Source: Trueperaceae bacterium | GTDB lineage: Bacteria; Deinococcota; Deinococci; Deinococcales; Trueperaceae | Direction of reading: 5' to 3' | Length of the DNA stretch: 25,743 nt | NCBI GenBank assembly: GCA_035703635.1 | Contig: DASSXV010000053.1 | Span: 1 to 25,743, forward strand | In this document: piece after piece, positions 8,001 through 15,254 of the stretch | How positions within the stretch are numbered: position 1 is the first letter of the stretch | How the letters are laid out: every line of letters starts with the position of its first letter | Program-made: the position numbers and the translations under genes | The notes under the pieces: model-generated | Seen by the model: the letters and a program-made list of their open reading frames with translations, nothing else | Told to the model about the DNA's origin: nothing | The model's database searches: none

Positions 8001-8777
8001 ATGTTCAGCAGAGTCACCAAGTCAGTCGCGCTTCTCGCGTCACTGGCGTTGATTGGAATCGGTTTCCAAGTAGCGGCGCAGGGCGCGACCCCTGCCGACC
8101 TCGACGTAGTCGCCAACGCGGACTACGGCGACGTGCTGGCCACGCCAGGCGGCAACTCTCTCTACCTCTACGTCGAGGACAGTGACGGCACAAGCGTCTG
8201 CGTCGACGCGTGCGCCAACAACTGGCCCGCTCTCCTCGTCGGTGACGACGGCGTAGCAACGGCCGGCTCCGGCGTTGACCAGGCACTCCTCGGCACCACG
8301 ACGCGTGCTGACGGCGGCGTTCAGATCACGTACAACGGCCACCCCCTCTACACGTTCCGCCGCGACACGGCAGAGGGCACGACCCGCGGCCAGAAGTTGG
8401 GCGACGCGTACTTCCTGGTCTCACCCAAGGGCGACGCCGTTACTGACAAGCTCGCCCAGCAGAAAGTCGCGATCGACCCGGCCGCTTTCGAAGCGCTCAT
8501 GGCCGACGGTGGTCACCTCTTCACGGCGAACTGCGCGGTCTGCCACGGCGCCACTGGCGGCGGTGGCATCGGCCCCGCGCTCGCAGGCAACTCGGTCTTG
8601 GGTAACACCTCGTTCGTCACCGAGCGCATCATCCACGGTTTCATCGAGCACGGCATGCCGGGCTTCGGCAACGCCCTCGTCGACCATCAGATCGCGGCCG
8701 TAGCTACCTTCGTCCGCAACTCGTGGGGCAACGATTATGGTGCCGTGCTTGACGAGGAGGTGACCGAGCAGCGCTAA
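8001..8777 (+). CDS. Periplasmic fusion of a COG4315/Lipoprotein_15-like domain and a class I monoheme cytochrome c
   Basis: GGAGG precedes ATG 8001; signal peptide ends VAA|Q. N-domain has LYLYVED, CVDACANNWP and QITYNGHPLYTFRRD. C-domain has CAVCH (8532-8546), GPAL, a distal Met in HGMPGF, and RNSWGN. Confidence 0.88.
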   Translation: MFSRVTKSVALLASLALIGIGFQVAAQGATPADLDVVANADYGDVLATPGGNSLYLYVEDSDGTSVCVDACANNWPALLVGDDGVATAGSGVDQALLGTTTRADGGVQITYNGHPLYTFRRDTAEGTTRGQKLGDAYFLVSPKGDAVTDKLAQQKVAIDPAAFEALMADGGHLFTANCAVCHGATGGGGIGPALAGNSVLGNTSFVTERIIHGFIEHGMPGFGNALVDHQIAAVATFVRNSWGNDYGAVLDEEVTEQR

Positions 8778-8877
8778 GAGAGTCCTGAGCGCTACGGCGC
8801 GACGTCCTCGAGTCAAGAGCTAGCACCTACCTCACGGCACTAGAGGCAAGTTTTCGAAAGGCAACGGTGGCAACCGA

Positions 8878-10686
8878 ATGACGAACACGAAAACCTCCCA
8901 GCGGGGCTGGCGCAAGGCCATCACCCCCCTGGCTCTCGCCCTTGCAGTCCTGCTCACCCTCGGCGCGGCTTCTGCCAACGCCGAGTTGCTCCGCATTCAG
9001 CGCGACGCGAGCCAATGGGCGATGGCGAACGGCAACTACCAAGGTTGGAACTACAGCCCGCTGAGCCAGATCACCAACTACAACGTCAAGAACCTCCAGG
9101 TGAAGTGGACGCTTCAGCTTGGCGTCACCGACTCGCTTGAGGCGCCCCCCCTCGTCATCGGCAACACGATGTACATCCTGACGCCAAAGCCGAACACCGT
9201 TTACGCGCTTGATCTAGCGCGTGAAGGCTATATCCTCTGGTCGTACCGCGTTGACCAGCCGAACCTCGACCAGGCCAAGGCCTGCTGTGGTGCTCAGTCG
9301 CGCGGCCTGGCTTATGCCGACGGCAAGATCATCCTCAACTCGCTCGACGGCCAGCTCATCGCGCTGAACGCCACGACCGGCGAGGTCATCTGGAACACCC
9401 AGGTCACCGACCTCAGCATCACGGAGACCACCACCAACGCCCCGCTCATCGTTGGCAACAACATCCTCATCGGCAACGAAGGCGGTGAGCGCGGCATCCG
9501 TGGTTGGGTCGCCGCCCACGACCTTCAGACCGGTGAACAGCTCTGGAAGTACTACAGCACCGGCCCGAACGAAGACATGGGCATCGGCGAGCGCTGGGCG
9601 CCCTTCTACGCGTCCGACAAGGTTGCCAACCCCGGCGTAGACAGCTGGTACGGCGACTCCTGGAAGCTCGGCGGCGGCACCACGTGGGGCTACTTCACCT
9701 ACGACCCGGAGTCGAACCTCTTCTACTACGGCACCGCCAACTGCGCGCCGTGGAACCCCGACTACCGCCGCGACCCCGCCACTGCGCCGGGCCTCGACCA
9801 GTACACCTCCAAGTACTGCGCATCGACCATCGCACGTGACGCCACCACCGGCGAGATGATCTGGGCTTACTCCAACACCCCGCAGGACCAGTGGGACTTC
9901 GACGAACCAGGCCAGAACTTCATCGCCGACATCACCATCGACGGCAAGCTCGTCAAGGCCCTCATCAAGCCCGCTCGCAACGGCTTCTTCTACGTCTTCG
10001 ACCGCCTCACCGGCGAGCTGATGGCCGAGCCGTTCGCGTACACCAACGTGACCTGGGCAAGCAGCGTCGACATGGAGACGGGCATGCCCGTCTACAACGA
10101 AGCCGCCCTCACCTACACCGACGTCCCGACCGAAGTCCAGGTCTGCCCGTTCATCGCAGGCAACAACTGGGCAAACGACGCCTACTCGCCCCGCACCGGC
10201 CTCGTCTACTTCCAGGCCGAGAACCGTTGCGCAACCTTCACGGGCACCGAGAAGGAGTACACGCCGGGCGAGAGCTACATCAACATGTCGTTCACCAACA
10301 TCGGCAACGGCCCTGGCGGCTGGCGCGGCGAACTGCAGGCTTGGGACCCAACGACTGGCCAGAAGGCCTGGGGCCTCAAGTCCGTCGTCTCCTCTGACGC
10401 CATGCCCGTCTTCGCCACCGCTGGCGACCTCATCTTCGGCGGCACCGACTCCGGCGAGTTCCGTGCAGTCGACGCCCGCAACGGCCAGGTTCTCTGGACC
10501 TTCCGCACGGGCTCCAACTTCCGCGGCTCCCCCATCAGCTTCACGGGCCCGGACGGCCGTCAGTTCATCGCCGTCGTGACCAGCCAGCTCCCATCCGACC
10601 CGCAGATCGGCGCCAACACGGCCGCTGACGCCGCCGGTCGCTACCGCCGCGCTGGCTCGACCCTGTACGTCTTCGGCCTGCAGTAA
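8878..10686 (+). CDS. PQQ-dependent dehydrogenase, methanol/ethanol family, predicted lanthanide-binding (XoxF/ExaF-like, divergent)
   Basis: Signal peptide; YSPLSQI; vicinal C136-C137; E204 (GGERG); GGTTW; N288 (ANCAPWN); W-D340-F-D342; R367 (ARNG); repeated TGE..W blades; C-terminal LYVFGL. Confidence 0.93.
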   Translation: MTNTKTSQRGWRKAITPLALALAVLLTLGAASANAELLRIQRDASQWAMANGNYQGWNYSPLSQITNYNVKNLQVKWTLQLGVTDSLEAPPLVIGNTMYILTPKPNTVYALDLAREGYILWSYRVDQPNLDQAKACCGAQSRGLAYADGKIILNSLDGQLIALNATTGEVIWNTQVTDLSITETTTNAPLIVGNNILIGNEGGERGIRGWVAAHDLQTGEQLWKYYSTGPNEDMGIGERWAPFYASDKVANPGVDSWYGDSWKLGGGTTWGYFTYDPESNLFYYGTANCAPWNPDYRRDPATAPGLDQYTSKYCASTIARDATTGEMIWAYSNTPQDQWDFDEPGQNFIADITIDGKLVKALIKPARNGFFYVFDRLTGELMAEPFAYTNVTWASSVDMETGMPVYNEAALTYTDVPTEVQVCPFIAGNNWANDAYSPRTGLVYFQAENRCATFTGTEKEYTPGESYINMSFTNIGNGPGGWRGELQAWDPTTGQKAWGLKSVVSSDAMPVFATAGDLIFGGTDSGEFRAVDARNGQVLWTFRTGSNFRGSPISFTGPDGRQFIAVVTSQLPSDPQIGANTAADAAGRYRRAGSTLYVFGLQ

Positions 10687-10739
10687 GTAGTTCAACGACC
10701 CTTCGGGGCGCGGGTAACACTGCACCCGAATAGCAGGCA

Positions 10740-10776
10740 AGGTGCGGGGAGCGAGACTCCCCGCACCTCTTCTCTT
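10740..10776 (+). terminator. Intrinsic terminator or stabilising hairpin after the dehydrogenase
   Basis: AGGTGCGGGGAG-cgaga-CTCCCCGCACCT is a perfect 12-bp stem, followed by a pyrimidine tract CTTCTCTT. Confidence 0.75.
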
Positions 10777-10891
10777 GCATGAGGTCGGCGCTGGTTGACC
10801 GCCACACACGGCCACTAGGGCCACGCAAGCTAACTTGTTGCGAGAACTTCGCCCGGCCAGCGTTGCGGGCGGGAGAAAGAAAGTAGCCACT

Positions 10892-13012
10892 ATGTCAAGA
10901 CGAGCGAACTATCTGACGCCCCCAGGACGGGGTCAACCGCTATCTCGTTCAACTAGCGTCCAACGGGCCCTCGGCTGGCCGAGACTCGTCCCCTATCTGA
11001 TATTCGCTTTCGCTGCGCTAACGCTCGCGGGGGCCCAGGCGCCCTCGACGCAAGCGGAACGCAGTTGGGAGCTGCGCGTTTGTGCTCCGCCCGACGAGCT
11101 GCCGTTCTCTAGCATCACTGGAGGCGGGTTCGAGAACCGCATCGCTGAGCTACTAGCCGACGAGTTGGGCGCCAGCCTCACCTACGACTGGACCGCCTTC
11201 ACGAGCGACCTCATCGACCGGCACTTCGCAGAGGGCACCTGCGACGTGATCATGGGCGTGGCGGACGGCTTCGAGCGCGGCACGAACACCCTCACCTACT
11301 ACCAGAGCCCTTACGTCATGGTCTACCGCAAGGACTCAGGCCTAAGCATCGACGACATGGACGACCCCGACCTGGCCGACTTGAGGCTCGGCGTCCAAGG
11401 GCTCGGAACCCCACCTCACGAGGCGCTGCGGCAACGCGGACTCCTCAAACAAGTGAGCCGCGTCTATGGCGGAGAAGAAGGTGAGGACCGCCTAGCTGGG
11501 CTGCTCAACGACGTAGTGGGAGGCGCCATCGACGTCGGTTTCAGCTGGGGGCCGGTCATCGGCTACTACGCTGCGCGCAGCGACGTTGATCTCGTTGTCA
11601 AACCCGTGGAGCCGGCGTTCGACTTCCCGTCGATCTTCCAGAACATCCCCATCACCATGGTCGTGCGCCGCGACGACGTCGCCATGCGAGACCGCCTCAA
11701 CCGCGCCATCATTGCGCTCTGGGACGACATCCAGGCCGTGTTAGCCGAGTACGACATCCCCGTTCTCGACCTGGGCAGGCCGGTCCTTGGCGAAGCAGCC
11801 CACGACGCCTCCAGTCTGAGGATCGGAGTGGTCATCCCCATGCCAACGGGAGGACACACCCAAGTCGCGAGAGTGAACGACCTCGTCGGGAACGCGGCCC
11901 GCATGGGTGCGCTCTTCGCAGAGGGCGCGGCCAACTCGACGGCTTCGGAGGCCGGGCGCGACGCCCAGGTGCTGCTGGCGAGCAGCCCTAGCGAGGAGGC
12001 GGCGCACCGCGCCGCGCAAGCGCTCCTCGCGCGCGGAGAAGTCGACGCCCTCGTCGGAGGCATCGGCCGTGGCCAGGCCGAGGTGCTCGCCGACCTGGCC
12101 GCTGAGTACGGCGTGCCGTTCGTGAACATCGGCTCGACCAGCCTCTTGCTGCGCGAGACCTGCCAGCCGACCACGTTCCATGTCCAACCGTCCGCCGGCG
12201 CCTACCTCGACGCCATGGCGCGCCTCTACCGGACTGGAACGGCGTCACAGGACTGGTTCATCGTCCACCTGGACTCTGCGGAGGGCGACGCCCTCACCGC
12301 TAGGGCCACAGCGGCATTCACGGCGGTAGGCGACCGCGTAGTTGGCTCCGCCGCCGTCGAGGTCGAGCGTCCTCAGTACCTCGACGTGCTAGCAGACGCC
12401 AAGAGTTCTGGGGCTAAAGTCGTTGCGGTGCTGCTTGGCGCTGCGGATCAAGTGACCCTGGTCGGGCAAGCGGAAGACGCAGGCAGCGGGCTGCGTCTCG
12501 CCCCCTTCCCCGATCCGTTGACGCAAACGCGCGAGTTCCTCGCCTCCATCAACCGCTACGGCTCCGGCACGGCGATCGAGCGCCTCGAACTGTGGGACCC
12601 CACCATCAGCACGGGCGCGGCGGCAGACCTCAACAGTCGCTTCTCGTCTCGCTGGGGACAACCGTTCGACTCCCCAGCCTGGGCCGCTTATCAAGGTGTG
12701 TCCGTGCTCGTGGCGGCCTCGCGAGCAGGCACCACCAAGTCAGGCGCCGCCCTACACAGCGCGCTCTTGGAAGTCGACGCCGGCGCGACGGGCGCCAAAG
12801 GGCGGAACGTCGGCTTCCGTGCCAGCGACCACGAGTTGCGCCAACCCCTCTACGTCGTGAGGGTCAACCAGACAGCTACTTGGGGGGTTCAACTCTCACA
12901 GCGCCTAGCGGCAGGCACCCTGATAACCGCACTACCTAGCGGCGCTACGCCGACTAGTGCCGAGCTGGACGCCATCGGGTTGGCTGGCGGCGGCGTGGAT
13001 TGCGGTTACTAG
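10892..13012 (+). CDS. Fusion of an MxaJ/XoxJ-like binding domain with a PQQ-system type I solute-binding domain
   Basis: N-domain (~11070-11770): LRVCAPPDELPFS, GFENRIAELLA, GTCDVIMG, YYQSPYVMV, WGPVIGY, AEYDIP. C-domain (~11815-13012) aligns by eye with the SBP at 1919-3259. The start is uncertain (ATG 10892 chosen). Confidence 0.85.
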   Translation: MSRRANYLTPPGRGQPLSRSTSVQRALGWPRLVPYLIFAFAALTLAGAQAPSTQAERSWELRVCAPPDELPFSSITGGGFENRIAELLADELGASLTYDWTAFTSDLIDRHFAEGTCDVIMGVADGFERGTNTLTYYQSPYVMVYRKDSGLSIDDMDDPDLADLRLGVQGLGTPPHEALRQRGLLKQVSRVYGGEEGEDRLAGLLNDVVGGAIDVGFSWGPVIGYYAARSDVDLVVKPVEPAFDFPSIFQNIPITMVVRRDDVAMRDRLNRAIIALWDDIQAVLAEYDIPVLDLGRPVLGEAAHDASSLRIGVVIPMPTGGHTQVARVNDLVGNAARMGALFAEGAANSTASEAGRDAQVLLASSPSEEAAHRAAQALLARGEVDALVGGIGRGQAEVLADLAAEYGVPFVNIGSTSLLLRETCQPTTFHVQPSAGAYLDAMARLYRTGTASQDWFIVHLDSAEGDALTARATAAFTAVGDRVVGSAAVEVERPQYLDVLADAKSSGAKVVAVLLGAADQVTLVGQAEDAGSGLRLAPFPDPLTQTREFLASINRYGSGTAIERLELWDPTISTGAAADLNSRFSSRWGQPFDSPAWAAYQGVSVLVAASRAGTTKSGAALHSALLEVDAGATGAKGRNVGFRASDHELRQPLYVVRVNQTATWGVQLSQRLAAGTLITALPSGATPTSAELDAIGLAGGGVDCGY

Positions 13013-13015
13013 CCC

Positions 13016-14995
13016 CTACTCCCAGATGAGTAGGTCGTCGAACTTCGCGTCCTTCTGGTTGGCGCTCTGCATCGAGGACGTGACCGTCAGGTCGACCGGG
13101 GCAAGGGCTGGCGCGCCGAGGTTGGCCTCGGCGGCCGTAGCGGCGGCCAGCGCCGCCCACCTGGCGCTAGAACTGAACTCTGGCGCCTTGCGGTGACCCT
13201 CCGAGACGCGTTGCTGACGCCGGGCCTTGGTCTTGACCTCGGAAGTAGCGCGCCGCAACAACTCCTCCGCCTGCGCAGGTCGCAACGGCCGGGCGAAAAA
13301 GTAGCCCTGCGCCAAGTCGACTCCGAGGCGGCGGAGGAAGTTGCGTTGGAACGCCGTCTCGATCCCCTCAGCCACGATGTCCTTACCGAGCTTGTGCGCT
13401 AGCGCGCAGATGGCCTCCACTATGGGGCCAGCACCAGTGATGTCCGACGAGCTGGAAGGTGACTGCGGGCGCTCCCCATCGACCCCGAAGCTTCCGCGGT
13501 CGGTGTTACGCCACGAGCTACGGGCGCCGGAGACTTCCTCCGAGATGGTCAACGGCGCCGGCGCTAAGCCGGACACGAAGGAGCGGTCGATCTTGAGGGT
13601 GCGTATCGGCAGCCTCTGCAAGTAGGCGAGCGACGAGTAACCCGTCCCGAAGTCGTCTAACGCTATGCGCACGCCGAGGCGCTCGAGCCGCCCTAGTGTG
13701 CGAACAGCCAGCTCTTGATCGCGCACGAGCACGCTCTCGGTCACTTCGATCTCGAACAAGTCGGCTGGAACGCCGGAGTCCGCCAGGGCGCCCTTCACGG
13801 TGTCGTAGAAGGCCGGTTGGTGGAACTGCAGCGTGGAAACGTTCACGGCGACGCGCACGGGCTTGAGGCCGAGGCGTAGCCACTCCCGCTGCTGCATGGC
13901 GCTCTCGCGCAACGTCCAGTGCCCGATCGAGGCGATGAGGCCCGCCTCCTCGGCCACCGGAATGAACTCCGCCGGCGACACCATCCCGAGCTCAGGCGAA
14001 CGCCAGCGCAGTAGTGCTTCGAAGCCGACGAGCGAGTCGTCACCAAGCCGAATCTGCGGCTGGTAAACGATCTCAAGCTGGTTCTCAGGCAAGGCCCGCC
14101 TGAGCTTACGCTCGAGTTCGAGCCGCCTGGAAAGGCGCGTGCGCACTTCAACCGTGCTGAAGTGGAAAGCGTTCTTGCCGCCTTGCTTAACCTGGTACAT
14201 GGCGGCGTCGGCTGAGTGCAGTAGAGACTCAGTGTCGTGCCCGTCGCGCGGGTAGAGCGACACGCCGATACTGGCGGACACCTGCAACTCGCGTTCCTCG
14301 ACGGTAAGCGGTGCGCCCAACGCACGAACTAGCGAGCGGGCGATGTGTCCAGCCGCTGCCTCGTCTCGCACACCCAACAGCGCGACCATGAACTCGTCGC
14401 CACCAACCCTGCCAACCAGATCGTTGGTGCGCACGTTGCCTAGCAGGACCTTGCCGACCTCAGCTAGGAGCTTGTCGCCAACGTCGTGACCGAAAGTATC
14501 GTTGACGAACTTGAAGCGGTCGAGGTCGACGAAGAGTAGCGCCAGCCCGCCGTCCGAGGCTTCTGCCTGTACGAGCTCCTGGCGGAGACGCTCCTCGAAC
14601 GCCGAACGCACGAGCGCACCGGTGAGGGGGTCGACCAAGGCCCGTCGAGAAACTGCCCTCTCATGGCGCAGGTTGCGTTCCAGCTGCCTTAGCCACCCGA
14701 TCACTAGGCCGGTCCCCCCGTACGCCACGAAGGCGAACGTTTGGTCGACCTGGAGTAGTTGAACCGGTTGCCACTGCGCGATCCCGAGCCCGCTGATGCG
14801 AACCTGCACGGCGAGGTAGCCGAGCACCCCACTCGCTAAGCCGCCAGCGGCTCCCCACAGCCAACCGCTGAACCCAACGACCACGAGCCCTACTAGGGGC
14901 GCGTAGTTGCCTGCTAGCTCGCTCACATGCGCGTAGCCAAGCAGGTAGGCGGTCCAGACGATCAGCGGCGCCAAGCGGCGCATCCAGGCAGTCAT
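13016..14995 (-). CDS. Membrane-anchored diguanylate cyclase/phosphodiesterase (GGDEF-EAL)
   Basis: N-terminal TM segments; DLDRFKFVNDTFGH, RTND I-site, GGDEF; EALLRW, EVTE, DDFGTGYSSL, KIDRSFV, AEGIE, QGYFF. Confidence 0.95.
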   Translation of the reverse strand: MTAWMRRLAPLIVWTAYLLGYAHVSELAGNYAPLVGLVVVGFSGWLWGAAGGLASGVLGYLAVQVRISGLGIAQWQPVQLLQVDQTFAFVAYGGTGLVIGWLRQLERNLRHERAVSRRALVDPLTGALVRSAFEERLRQELVQAEASDGGLALLFVDLDRFKFVNDTFGHDVGDKLLAEVGKVLLGNVRTNDLVGRVGGDEFMVALLGVRDEAAAGHIARSLVRALGAPLTVEERELQVSASIGVSLYPRDGHDTESLLHSADAAMYQVKQGGKNAFHFSTVEVRTRLSRRLELERKLRRALPENQLEIVYQPQIRLGDDSLVGFEALLRWRSPELGMVSPAEFIPVAEEAGLIASIGHWTLRESAMQQREWLRLGLKPVRVAVNVSTLQFHQPAFYDTVKGALADSGVPADLFEIEVTESVLVRDQELAVRTLGRLERLGVRIALDDFGTGYSSLAYLQRLPIRTLKIDRSFVSGLAPAPLTISEEVSGARSSWRNTDRGSFGVDGERPQSPSSSSDITGAGPIVEAICALAHKLGKDIVAEGIETAFQRNFLRRLGVDLAQGYFFARPLRPAQAEELLRRATSEVKTKARRQQRVSEGHRKAPEFSSSARWAALAAATAAEANLGAPALAPVDLTVTSSMQSANQKDAKFDDLLIWE

Positions 14996-15044
14996 GTTGA
15001 GTTTTAGCTTAAGGGTCGAAAGTAACGGGCTTCTGACGCTGGCG

Positions 15045-15060
15045 TGTGAACAGTTTCACG
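15045..15060. promoter_or_regulatory. CRP/FNR-family-like binding site in a divergent intergenic region
   Basis: TGTGA-ACAGTT-TCACG matches TGTGA-N6-TCACA at 9 of 10 positions. Confidence 0.5.
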
Positions 15061-15254
15061 AGTGAGCATTAACGCTTGCCTCACGCGGTCTTGATGACGC
15101 GCAGCGCGCTACCGGTTAGCATGTAGACCATCTCAAGCGTGGCGCGAATGCAGTGGCGGGGGCTGCTAGCGGTCTAGGACACCTGACGGGGCCCTGACCC
15201 GCACCACTCAAACTGAGCGCGGGCCAGACAGGCCCGGATCATTGGAGGCAGTGC

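Noticed and set aside
8878-10686. Assigning the gene symbol xoxF, exaF or mxaF
   Set aside because: The D-x-D motif argues against mxaF, and pocket residues differ from both XoxF and ExaF; a phylogeny is needed, so methylotrophy is not claimed.
9214-10890. 558-aa minus-strand ORF opposite the PQQ dehydrogenase
   Set aside because: Expected stop-free antisense frame of a strongly codon-biased gene; no recognisable domain or SD.
10892-10920. Possible Tat motif SRRANYL on the XoxJ fusion
   Set aside because: Poor match to SRRxFLK and about 25 residues from the hydrophobic core; the start codon itself is uncertain.
1-13012. Lanmodulin-type EF-hands, pqq biosynthesis genes, TonB-dependent receptor
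   Set aside because: None recognised in the window; they may lie elsewhere, so their absence here is uninformative.
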